Shown in pieces: positions 37,218 through 45,930 of a stretch of 64,000 nucleotides of DNA (within the stretch, counting starts at the first letter, position 1; every line of letters starts with the position of its first letter). The position numbers and the translations under genes were made by a program. The stretch lies in the sequence record MN047793.1, one strand, 5' to 3'. The notes under the pieces are model-generated. The model saw nothing but the letters and a program-made list of their open reading frames with translations, was not told where the DNA came from and did not search any database.

Positions 37218-39515
37218 TTATTCCTCTATTAATTTAACTTTATCGATAGAGCCAAGAATCGCTAAGGGTAGATACTCGTGATCCTTCACACTTATCTTAC
37301 CAAGCTGTGAGTACCATAAGTACATCGCTTCCCATTGATTACTTAACCATTCTACGTGTTCAAAACTTCCACCGAAGAACTTGACCGTAGGATGTAGTAA
37401 ACCAATACCTTGACCAAATTTATCAGAAAGCCACTGTTCAGAGAATAATTCATTAGTAACATTTCGTGATGCTGATAAAATCAAATGCGTATTGTTCTGT
37501 GACATGGTAATGATGTTAGTCAACTCTTTATTGAAAGATGACGGAACGAATTGTGCAACATCGACGAATACGTGATGCGACGCTAGGTAGCGGTCTTCAT
37601 TTAGAGCTTCCTTAGTCCAAAGCATACGAATCTTATCAAACGCTTCTACCACAGTGGTGGAACCGTGATAATTTTTAAGATAGATGTGGCGCGGCTCGAC
37701 GGTATATACATGGAATCCAGTTAGGTCAAACTTGGTACTAGTTACGGCATCTGTTATAATAACTACATTATCATACTGACGTAACGTGTTTAGATTTTCC
37801 TCAATAGTTGCATGCTGGCTCGCATCTTGTTCAAATACAAAAGCATTAATTCCCATACCAGTACGTGCTTTTTTGGAACTAAACACAGGTGAACGCTTGA
37901 ATTTGCGGGCATCCTTTTTCTTGAAAACTAGATTACCCTTATAGTAGATCGCATCTAGTTCAGATTCGTCCAGAATCTTGAATGCATCGGATAACCGGGT
38001 AAGAATAGGCTTACCGTTAACATTAAACGAGGTGTTCAAGATAACACCATGACCAGTATGTTTTTCAAATTCTGTAATCAGGTCATAGATTAATTCGTTC
38101 TGTAGGCGGGTAACTGTTTGTAAACGGGCGCTACCATCAGTATGAGTAATCGCAGGCAAAGTCTCTTGCCATTCATCACGCACGTTAGCTACGAAGGTCA
38201 TATGACGAGATTCTACGTTATAATCGTACACGAAGTATTTGTTGGCATCTTCCAGACGGGTAATCGGAGCAAACGGGCGATACCATTCACGATGTTTAAC
38301 CTTGTGGTTTAATACATCCTTCATGTCGCCAGACGGATTACAGATAATGCTACGATTACCTAATGCACGAGAACCGTGTTCAGAATTACCTTGAATTAGA
38401 CCGACAATGTTGTTGTCTGCTACAAACTCTCCTAGCTCCTGTACTGTGACATTTTCATACACAAAATACTTTGATTGATCTTGGATGTAAGTAGAGAATT
38501 CACGATCATCCATTACGGGAAGCCCGGAATATGTAAGGTCTACAGTATGCTTAGGACTTAAGTGCCATAAAATACCACCTACGGAGATACCGCAGTCGTT
38601 TGTATTAGGAGGAACGAAAACATTACCGCCCTTCATTTCAAGGAGACGGGAATTGAGTAGTACATTAAGCCCACAACCGCCTGACACGCTCAAGGGAAGG
38701 TGTTTGTACTTCTCAAGGTATGGCTCTGCTAATTCAAGGAAGAACTCTTCAAACGCACGCTGAGTGGTTGCAGCAATGTCCCAAGCTACCTGACCTGAAA
38801 ACCGTGTGGTTTCGAAATCGAAACCTTCAAGTAAACCAATAGCAGCAAACAGACTTGATACAGCATCAGTTCGTAACTCTAGACCACCAATATAAGAGTC
38901 TCCACTGTAGACGAACTTACGGTAATATTCTACGAAATGTGGTAACCAATCTTCTCTAACTGTTCCATAAGAACATAGACCCATTAATTTACCAGCATAC
39001 ACCAGATTACCAATGGATAGAGGATCACGCTTGATATCATCAAGGTAATCAGCGAGAAGCATATAGGGGAACCCCAAATCATTGGGTAGACGATCTAGAA
39101 GCTTAATACCAGTATTACGGTCAGCCTCGTAGAAGTTAAAATAGCTACCATCACCACCGCCATCGAAGGAAATTACTAACGATTTATCGAACGGTGATTG
39201 GTAGAATGCAGCCGCAGCATGGGCCACGTGATGGTCTGCTGCGATCTGCTGTTTGAAACGGAACTTAGGAATGATATTAGAAACATATCCAGTAATGTAC
39301 ATATCAACTTCTGATTTACCCGCTTTCTGTAGCAAGTAATCAGTAATTTCATCAAACACTACTTGTGGGTGAGAACATGGCATGTAATTAACTAAACCGA
39401 TGTTCTTCGAATTCAACCAACGCTCTACTTCTACAACGGTGTATTCGCCTTTGTAGTACATTGAGATAGCGGCGTTGTGTGATCCATACGCCGATATCAC
39501 CAGATAATCATTCAT
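37218..39515 (-). CDS. NodU/CmcH-family O-carbamoyltransferase with C-terminal degenerate HtrL-like domain
   Basis: HNAAI, HHVAHA..AF..SPF, SFDGGGD, GKLMGL.SYG, SGGCGLN, GSRALGNRSI, KHREWYRPFAP, H.DGSARLQTV, LNTSFN..GKPI. Confidence 0.92.
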   Translation of the reverse strand: MNDYLVISAYGSHNAAISMYYKGEYTVVEVERWLNSKNIGLVNYMPCSHPQVVFDEITDYLLQKAGKSEVDMYITGYVSNIIPKFRFKQQIAADHHVAHAAAAFYQSPFDKSLVISFDGGGDGSYFNFYEADRNTGIKLLDRLPNDLGFPYMLLADYLDDIKRDPLSIGNLVYAGKLMGLCSYGTVREDWLPHFVEYYRKFVYSGDSYIGGLELRTDAVSSLFAAIGLLEGFDFETTRFSGQVAWDIAATTQRAFEEFFLELAEPYLEKYKHLPLSVSGGCGLNVLLNSRLLEMKGGNVFVPPNTNDCGISVGGILWHLSPKHTVDLTYSGLPVMDDREFSTYIQDQSKYFVYENVTVQELGEFVADNNIVGLIQGNSEHGSRALGNRSIICNPSGDMKDVLNHKVKHREWYRPFAPITRLEDANKYFVYDYNVESRHMTFVANVRDEWQETLPAITHTDGSARLQTVTRLQNELIYDLITEFEKHTGHGVILNTSFNVNGKPILTRLSDAFKILDESELDAIYYKGNLVFKKKDARKFKRSPVFSSKKARTGMGINAFVFEQDASQHATIEENLNTLRQYDNVVIITDAVTSTKFDLTGFHVYTVEPRHIYLKNYHGSTTVVEAFDKIRMLWTKEALNEDRYLASHHVFVDVAQFVPSSFNKELTNIITMSQNNTHLILSASRNVTNELFSEQWLSDKFGQGIGLLHPTVKFFGGSFEHVEWLSNQWEAMYLWYSQLGKISVKDHEYLPLAILGSIDKVKLIEE

Positions 39516-39543
39516 GAGGTTCCCTATTAGTTATACTGTGTAG

Positions 39544-39550
39544 TATTTAC
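39544..39550 (-). promoter_or_regulatory. Possible late promoter (GTAAATA) for carbamoyltransferase-GT genes
   Basis: TAAATA core about 30 nt upstream of ATG 39515, same spacing as other late genes. Confidence 0.45.
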
Positions 39551-39560
39551 TATTTTTGAA

Positions 39561-40913
39561 TTAGGGTTGAACATCCTTTTCGATACGATTACCCCAACCG
39601 CGACTACGACTATGCGGCCATACAATATACTTTGTAGCAGGCTTATCACCGCGCCAAATTAAGCGGAAATCAATCCACTCATTCTGAACGTAGTTCTTAA
39701 TTTCATCTTCCTGGGCATCCTTACGGAAAATTTCAGTACCATTATCATCAGCTGAACCAACATACCAGAAATCATAATCGTATGGTTCTTCACCTAACTC
39801 TGCGCGATGTACTAATACACGAATATCATGTGAACCAATGAACGTAGCTTTCCACTGTTCTTCAGTTTCATACTTGAAGTCACCCGGTGGGTCTAGACGA
39901 TCAATAGTCTTCTGCTGAACACCACGATATTTGAAACTGATACCAGCATATTCTTCATACTGAAGAACGGTTCGCTTATCACCAAATCCATACTTACCAA
40001 AGTCAATCTGTTTCGGGTCTTCACCATCCATACCAAATAGAATGCGGTTACGCTTGTGGCATAGATCATTACGCTGTACCCAATCGAGTTCTACGCGACC
40101 TTTATTACGCTGGTTAGTGGTGTGGTCATCCCATACCTTGATTCGCCCCTTACGCGTATATTCATGCCATGCAATTAGGCGGTGAGGGTGGAACAAGTCA
40201 TAACCGTGAGTATATGCACGAACAGCAATAGAAATCTCTTCTCCATGAAAGAAGTATTCAGGATCATGCTGAACTTCAACAGCAAATGTACCATCAGCAA
40301 ACGCAAAGTGAGCAGAGAAGAAGCGAGCGCGGGTAGGTTTATCAAGTTCTCTCCAATTATCAATCGTGGACGGCATAAAGAACACTGCACCCTCTGGAAT
40401 GAAACGGTCAAAGTCCATCTTCCATGGGTCCATTACACGAGCAGCTGGATCATTTTCAGGATCAAAAGACGGGATGTATGCAGTTAGTAGCGGCTTTTCA
40501 TAACCATCTTCACGCAGACCTTCAAGCATATCGATACAAACCTTATCCCAGCCTTCAACGAAGCGGTGATGAGAGTCTAATTGCATTGTATACTTTTCGC
40601 CAGAGTATAGCTGTTGAATCTGATGACGTGCCCAGCATGCGCCTTGGGTTTTATGGAAATGTAAATCGATAACGGTGAACTTCGCACCATCCTTACTTAG
40701 ATGTAGTAGTGGTAGGTCCTTACTGAATTCTGACCCACTTTCCAAGACAAAGCCTGCGTCTAGGAAGATATCAATCGGGTCTTCTTCACCATGCTGCCAG
40801 CAAATACCGACGTGTAGGTTTTCAGGATGTTCCGCATGAGTCAGCATATCAAGAAGAGTAGGGACTAATTGCGGATCACGGTAAGCTGCCATTTGTACAA
40901 AAATTGTATTCAT
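39561..40913 (-). CDS. GT60-family polypeptide GlcNAc-transferase (Skp1 Gnt1 / mucin OGNT-like)
   Basis: IFVQMAAYRD, GACWAR, QLDSHHRF..GWD, LTAY, FFSAHFAF, DP..FFHGEE..AVR.YTHGYD.F.P, WHEY. Confidence 0.85.
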   Translation of the reverse strand: MNTIFVQMAAYRDPQLVPTLLDMLTHAEHPENLHVGICWQHGEEDPIDIFLDAGFVLESGSEFSKDLPLLHLSKDGAKFTVIDLHFHKTQGACWARHQIQQLYSGEKYTMQLDSHHRFVEGWDKVCIDMLEGLREDGYEKPLLTAYIPSFDPENDPAARVMDPWKMDFDRFIPEGAVFFMPSTIDNWRELDKPTRARFFSAHFAFADGTFAVEVQHDPEYFFHGEEISIAVRAYTHGYDLFHPHRLIAWHEYTRKGRIKVWDDHTTNQRNKGRVELDWVQRNDLCHKRNRILFGMDGEDPKQIDFGKYGFGDKRTVLQYEEYAGISFKYRGVQQKTIDRLDPPGDFKYETEEQWKATFIGSHDIRVLVHRAELGEEPYDYDFWYVGSADDNGTEIFRKDAQEDEIKNYVQNEWIDFRLIWRGDKPATKYIVWPHSRSRGWGNRIEKDVQP

Positions 40914-40942
40914 TTAATATTATATCCTATTGGTCTTACAAA

Positions 40943-40974
40943 AAGTTTAGGAGATTTTTCAATCTCCTAAACTT
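40943..40974 (-). terminator. 14-bp perfect hairpin (terminator-like) just upstream of GT60 gene
   Basis: AAGTTTAGGAGATT-4 nt-AATCTCCTAAACTT followed by T-run on minus strand. Confidence 0.65.
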
Positions 40975-41021
40975 GTATTTCAGATTATATAGCGCCCCTT
41001 TCGGAAGCATGAGCTAAATTA

Positions 41022-41558
41022 TTATGCCTTGCGCGGACGGCCTGCACGACGCTTAGCGACAGGTGATGGGACATCAGTTTCGGTGTCAGTTTCGTCACGT
41101 TCGACGTATTCTACGTCATGGACTGATGTTGGAGCGTCGGTAACTGGACCTTCACTGTAACCCTGTGCCGCTGGACCCTTATAACCAAATTCTGGGTTAA
41201 TAGGTAGACCACGTTCACCGGAATTACGTGAAACAATTTGACCACCAACTGTACGAATTTTAACAAACTGCTCGAAGAATTCTAGAGCATTCATACCATT
41301 CGGTAGAGTTGACTGTGACATTAAGTCCCATAGAGCATAGCGCACGGAATCACGCTTAAGGATAATCTGACGTAGGCGCTTAATATCAATCGGGTCTAGA
41401 TGATCTAGGCGAATAAAGAATAAGTCACCGTTACGGTTGTCGATTGCCATAACAGCAATTTCATTTGCAACATTTTTACCAAAAAGGTCAACGGCGGCGA
41501 TATGCGGATATTGCTGTGACCATTCAAAGTAGTAAGGTAGATTTGCGGGCTTTTTCAT
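41022..41558 (-). CDS. Conserved hypothetical protein with C-terminal basic AT-hook-like tail
   Basis: AGGAG RBS before ATG 41558; C-term KRRAGRPRKA; late promoter CTAAATA near 41610. Confidence 0.7.
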   Translation of the reverse strand: MKKPANLPYYFEWSQQYPHIAAVDLFGKNVANEIAVMAIDNRNGDLFFIRLDHLDPIDIKRLRQIILKRDSVRYALWDLMSQSTLPNGMNALEFFEQFVKIRTVGGQIVSRNSGERGLPINPEFGYKGPAAQGYSEGPVTDAPTSVHDVEYVERDETDTETDVPSPVAKRRAGRPRKA

Positions 41559-41631
41559 TGTAGTTGTCTCCTGAGTAATGTACAATTCACTTAAAGTGTA
41601 AGCTGAAAATATTTAGACAAGGAAAAAAAGT

Positions 41632-42105
41632 GTGAGCGGGAATAACGTGATCTTTAGGGCAGGAATACTGCCATATTATGTAGAAAATGACATTACAGAC
41701 CCAATTGAGTTCATGTTCATGAAGCCATCTGATCCTACGTACGGTGGACCTGACTGGCAAATCGCAAAAGGTCGGGTAGAAAACGATGATAGTAATTTAG
41801 TAACTGCTTTACGAGAGGGAGCAGAAGAACTTGGATTACGCGAATCCAATATCATTGAAGTACAAGAGTTAGGAACCTATTTAGGACGTACAGTGGTGTA
41901 TCTGTGTCGTGTGGTGAATAAGCATGATTTCGATGCATTTCATTTCGAGACGGGAGCCGTTACGTGGTACACTATGCAACAATTCAATGAAGTTGGTAGA
42001 GACTTACATAAGCGAATTGTTCAGGATGCCGAAAAGGCTATTCGCTCAGGTAAAATCGTTTACGATATCGAAACTATTATTCGGTCGGGGCAGAATACGT
42101 ACTAA
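41632..42105 (+). CDS. Nudix hydrolase
   Basis: Nudix box KGRVENDDSNLVTALREGAEELGL. Confidence 0.9.
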   Translation: MSGNNVIFRAGILPYYVENDITDPIEFMFMKPSDPTYGGPDWQIAKGRVENDDSNLVTALREGAEELGLRESNIIEVQELGTYLGRTVVYLCRVVNKHDFDAFHFETGAVTWYTMQQFNEVGRDLHKRIVQDAEKAIRSGKIVYDIETIIRSGQNTY

Positions 42106-43006
42106 AATATTGCCCTAGGCTCATAGTCATCTCATAAACATTGTCAATTTGGTAGACGCCTTCGCCTTCCCATGAAGGCTCTCCAAATTTCATCACAAAG
42201 CCTTTCCAGTCAAATTCCTGATCGATAACGAAAGACGTTACATATTTCAAATTAAATCGTTTAACGGCATCCTTAATGGATGACCATCCACCAACGGTAA
42301 CGCCAATACGAAACAGCTTTGAATTACTCTCATCCTGAATTTTTAGGATGTATAACACCTTGTCATTGACTACTTGGATCACCTTTCCTAATTCGACCTT
42401 ACACTTGGGTCCAATAAATTCTCTCCATGAGAACCAATCGCCGGTCTTAAAGTAAGCAACGTCAGGACGGTGAGGAATATCTTCTGGACATTTCCCAGAC
42501 CGACAGAAGTCTCGCCAATCATGAATTGTAGAAAATCCCTTAGAATGGGCATATGCCTTGGCTTCCTTATAAGGTCGCCATGTCTTCTTTTTAATTCTAG
42601 GATACTCGTTCACTACACCTAAAAAGTCTCCCCAATTGCTCCATTTCCCTCTTAATCCATAATATGCATCAGGAGATTGTGGCATTCTTGCGGGATTGTT
42701 CAGACGGTGCCAAAGGTTATATTCAGCAGCCGTTCGGATACCTTCGTTTTGGATACGATCACGAGCCTCTTCATAAGGTAGAAACTCTTCATATCTACGG
42801 CGCTTACGCTTACGCTTGCTCCGGTAGGTGGCAATGTATTCTTTACGCTTACGATCACTTTCTGCACGTTCTTCAGCCGTAAGAAAAGGCCTACCCCTCT
42901 TTTTTATTTCTCCAGAGTTGACAGCGTTACGGTACTCAATCATCTCAGGAGAACCATCAGATTTTATAGAGTATTTTTTAGGCTTTTTGCTAGGAGAATC
43001 TGACAT
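42077..43006 (-). CDS. DNA-binding protein: AT-hook, two phage-integrase-repeat-like units, possible degenerate GIY-YIG C-domain
   Basis: KKRGRPF; repeats FLPYEEARD..EY..W..P.SPD.YY..W.NWGDFLG and WRPYKEAK..DW..P.RPD..Y..W.SWREFIG; LYIL..FRIGVT. Confidence 0.6.
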   Translation of the reverse strand: MSDSPSKKPKKYSIKSDGSPEMIEYRNAVNSGEIKKRGRPFLTAEERAESDRKRKEYIATYRSKRKRKRRRYEEFLPYEEARDRIQNEGIRTAAEYNLWHRLNNPARMPQSPDAYYGLRGKWSNWGDFLGVVNEYPRIKKKTWRPYKEAKAYAHSKGFSTIHDWRDFCRSGKCPEDIPHRPDVAYFKTGDWFSWREFIGPKCKVELGKVIQVVNDKVLYILKIQDESNSKLFRIGVTVGGWSSIKDAVKRFNLKYVTSFVIDQEFDWKGFVMKFGEPSWEGEGVYQIDNVYEMTMSLGQYFSTYSAPTE

Positions 43007-43043
43007 ATATGGATAAATAATTATATCAATTTTGGGGTTAACA

Positions 43044-43427
43044 ATGAGAAAGTTTAAGTCTTGGGCACTTGGTTTAGCTGAGAGCTTCGATGCATGGCGT
43101 CTAGTTCCACGCACAATTTTATTATCTTACGGCTATTTAGTGTGGAGCATGTACACGTGGTACAAGGCTATTCCTATCTATGTCCAAACTAAATGCGATG
43201 GTGCTGTACTAGAGATTCTAATCTCTAAGGGTATGCAGATGCTGCAAGCTAAAGAATTGGCATGTAACATTGTGGGTACAGTTGGTGGACCCACTAGCGA
43301 GCAAACAATGTTTGTCACTACAATCATTGGTCTATCTACGGGTATCTTTGCCCTATATACAACTACTGGCCGTAAGTGGCAGAGAGAAACTGGGGTCGTC
43401 GCTGGAAAACGTCGAGAAACAGAATAA
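43044..43427 (+). CDS. Two-transmembrane protein, putative holin-like
   Basis: DAWRLVPR + hydrophobic helix, PTSEQ + hydrophobic helix, basic C-tail; late promoter GATAAATA 43012-43019. Confidence 0.5.
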   Translation: MRKFKSWALGLAESFDAWRLVPRTILLSYGYLVWSMYTWYKAIPIYVQTKCDGAVLEILISKGMQMLQAKELACNIVGTVGGPTSEQTMFVTTIIGLSTGIFALYTTTGRKWQRETGVVAGKRRETE

Positions 43428-43428
43428 G

Positions 43429-43457
43429 AAAAAGGGAGCTTATGCTCCCTTTCTTTT
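43429..43457. terminator. Bidirectional intrinsic terminator
   Basis: AAAAAGGGAGC-TTAT-GCTCCCTTTCTTTT. Confidence 0.85.
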
Positions 43458-44390
43458 ACAACTTAACATTGGTACAAATGCATCAATATTAGATCGGATG
43501 TTATTCAGTTCGTACTTACCACAGAATCGTAAGAATTCCATGTAGTTGAACTTACCTCGTGACTCAAGGGCTTCATTAATTGTCTTATCGATCAACGTTC
43601 TAATGAAATCTGGTTGAGCCGTAAGGTCCATTAGAAGAATATTTTCATCAAACACCTCTTGTGTTACAAACTTCTTTTCGATAGGAACTCCATCGTCATC
43701 ATTAATTAATACCTTAAACTCATGCTGCATGATGTTCGTGCGTAACAATGCATCCCTATATGATGCAGCAATTTTAGTTTCGCGAAGACGTGGATAGGAT
43801 GACATAACATTGTCCCCATCATCCCCACGAATACACTTAACATACATGAAATAATCTGGGTCATCATTATATTCAGTTAATGTACGTTCCTTATCGGAAG
43901 TAGGATCAACTAAATGTAGATTATTACGAACTAGCAATTGCATGAAGTCTTTGTCGGCACTGATTAGATAATGTTCATCTTCGGGATTGGCTTGAATATA
44001 TCCAGCAATCAAGTCATCGGCCTCAAGATATTTTGCCTTCAATACCAATACTCGCGTCTTTTCACGGAACAATTCTACGAATTCGGAGATATGGGAATCA
44101 AATTTCTCCATCTTAGCTCTGTCAGAAGCCGACATACCCTTTCTACGAGTACCTTTGTATGGCTTGTAGGTAACGCAGGTATCAATATCTTTCGTATAAG
44201 CCTTACGCCAGGAATAGTCATCAAATGCTAAGATCAGGTCATCAGGTTTATATTTGTTATAATACTTATTGATAGTAGATAGAGCGATGTGATGACACAT
44301 TCCCACATTCACATCAAGGGATTCTTTGATGTGAGGGAAGAACGTGCGATATAGAATGTTACTTACGTCGATAATTAGTTTACGTGCCAT
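43440..44390 (-). CDS. rnh: 5'-3' exonuclease / T4 RNase H (FEN-like)
   Basis: IIDVSNILYR, LAFDD, YKGTR, EADDLIA, SADKDFMQL, GDDGDNV. Confidence 0.9.
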   Translation of the reverse strand: MARKLIIDVSNILYRTFFPHIKESLDVNVGMCHHIALSTINKYYNKYKPDDLILAFDDYSWRKAYTKDIDTCVTYKPYKGTRRKGMSASDRAKMEKFDSHISEFVELFREKTRVLVLKAKYLEADDLIAGYIQANPEDEHYLISADKDFMQLLVRNNLHLVDPTSDKERTLTEYNDDPDYFMYVKCIRGDDGDNVMSSYPRLRETKIAASYRDALLRTNIMQHEFKVLINDDDGVPIEKKFVTQEVFDENILLMDLTAQPDFIRTLIDKTINEALESRGKFNYMEFLRFCGKYELNNIRSNIDAFVPMLSCKRKGA

Positions 44391-44971
44391 TATTGGTAAC
44401 CAATCGGGTCTAGATTACGACTCAGACTGCTGACCCACATCTGTACTAAAATATCATCAGTCTGACCTTTAAATCCATTACTGCGAAGGTATTTAATAAA
44501 CGCATCATTCCAATCTAACTGGATTTTAAGATCACCATCAGCATTAAACTCTTGGCCGATTACTTCCACCCACGGTTCAGAGGAATTACGTTGTTTTTCA
44601 CGTTCTTCTTCAAGAATTTTCTGACGTTCAGCCTCTTCGATAGAATCAAGATATGATTGCACTACTTGAGTATCCGTTTCACCAGTATGGCCCTTCTTCA
44701 AGAGGTCTTTGATGAACGCTTGATTCCAGTGATATCGATTACTGAGAAGGGCTTCGTCTTCGGCCCCTTCAATTTCTTCAAACCATGGGCGAGAACTATT
44801 CATCTTCTCATTATAAATTTCTAGACGAATAGCTGCTTTATGTTCTTCTTGCTCTAACCGCTTACGTGCAGCATCGGCAAGTAACTCTTGCCGAATCGCA
44901 TTTTCGCGAGCTTGGTTCTCTTTTGCAATAGTCTCTTTAGACTTGAATAAGTTCTTTAAATTATCAATCAT
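44390..44971 (-). CDS. Hypothetical protein with internal tandem domain duplication
   Basis: SS.PW...WNQAFIK.L...G.TG.TD..VVQ repeated as SSEPW...WNDAFIK.L...G.KGQTD..LVQ. Confidence 0.7.
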   Translation of the reverse strand: MIDNLKNLFKSKETIAKENQARENAIRQELLADAARKRLEQEEHKAAIRLEIYNEKMNSSRPWFEEIEGAEDEALLSNRYHWNQAFIKDLLKKGHTGETDTQVVQSYLDSIEEAERQKILEEEREKQRNSSEPWVEVIGQEFNADGDLKIQLDWNDAFIKYLRSNGFKGQTDDILVQMWVSSLSRNLDPIGYQ

Positions 44972-44979
44972 ATTAATCC

Positions 44980-45714
44980 TTATACTTCAGCAAACACATA
45001 TGCCGGGATACCGTGAACATCTAACTTCATAATACCGCGACGTGTAATAGTGACAGTTACAGTATCCTTCTTAAGATCAGTCGTCAATTCTTTGAGTACT
45101 GGAAATAGGATGTTCGTTTTGTAGGATACGGTAAATGTATCAGTGTCAGTCTTTATATCTAGATCAGTTTCTAATTCGTGAGACAAAATATCTCCCTCAG
45201 AAGCTGATATAGTGAAATTTACAGTTTTTTGGTCCTTAGACGTAAATGACACCTTGTCCGATTTCATTACGGATTTTGATGAATTCATTAAATCCACGTC
45301 TTCCTTGGTAAAGGAGAAGCTGAAGTGATCTGGATCGTTAAGTGCCTTTGGACATTTAAGCATTGCTGGGTCAGCACACTTAAAGTCGATAGAAGTTTTA
45401 TCACGCTTAAGAACTAAACGTAAAACGAACTTGTCACCACTATCACGGGTCTTGAAGTCGGCAAGTAATGTACCTTCATCTTTAAGCAGTTTTATACGTG
45501 AATTCAATTCTTGGACACGAGTAATACCCATCGCTCCGATATCTAGTTCAGTCCCCGCTTCAAAGGGTAAGATAAACATAGTAGAATTCTCTTGGCTATC
45601 ACCACGAATAGAATGGTTGTCCACTACGATCTTTTCTACTCCCAAACTGGTAGCCGTCTTTAGAGCACGCTGTAGCTTGTTTTGTAACTCTTTTGATACT
45701 TTATCACTCATCAC
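44980..45714 (-). CDS. Putative DNA polymerase sliding clamp (gp45-like)
   Basis: 244 aa, two-domain beta-rich pattern, adjacent to family B polymerase whose C-tail carries a clamp-binding-like motif. Confidence 0.55.
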   Translation of the reverse strand: MMSDKVSKELQNKLQRALKTATSLGVEKIVVDNHSIRGDSQENSTMFILPFEAGTELDIGAMGITRVQELNSRIKLLKDEGTLLADFKTRDSGDKFVLRLVLKRDKTSIDFKCADPAMLKCPKALNDPDHFSFSFTKEDVDLMNSSKSVMKSDKVSFTSKDQKTVNFTISASEGDILSHELETDLDIKTDTDTFTVSYKTNILFPVLKELTTDLKKDTVTVTITRRGIMKLDVHGIPAYVFAEV

Positions 45715-45922
45715 TAGTTCCTTTCTTGATCCAAAGTAGGCCTGTAGAACTTACAGGCTCATACCCTTGGGCGATTAATTCTTCTTCCGTTAATCCGTTT
45801 TTAATCAATCCTGCATATGCATCAGTGTTAATTGGTTGTACATTAACAAGATCATTTGCAATTTTTGCAGGAAATACTTTGCGGATTAATTCTCGTAATT
45901 CTACATCACTAAATTTATTCAT
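45704..45922 (-). CDS. Small protein carrying a major-capsid-like motif
   Basis: LIRKVFPAKIANDLVNVQPI resembles T4 gp23 VRRAIPNLIAFDICGVQPM; GAAGG RBS before ATG 45922. Confidence 0.5.
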   Translation of the reverse strand: MNKFSDVELRELIRKVFPAKIANDLVNVQPINTDAYAGLIKNGLTEEELIAQGYEPVSSTGLLWIKKGTSDE

Positions 45923-45930
45923 AAGCCTTC

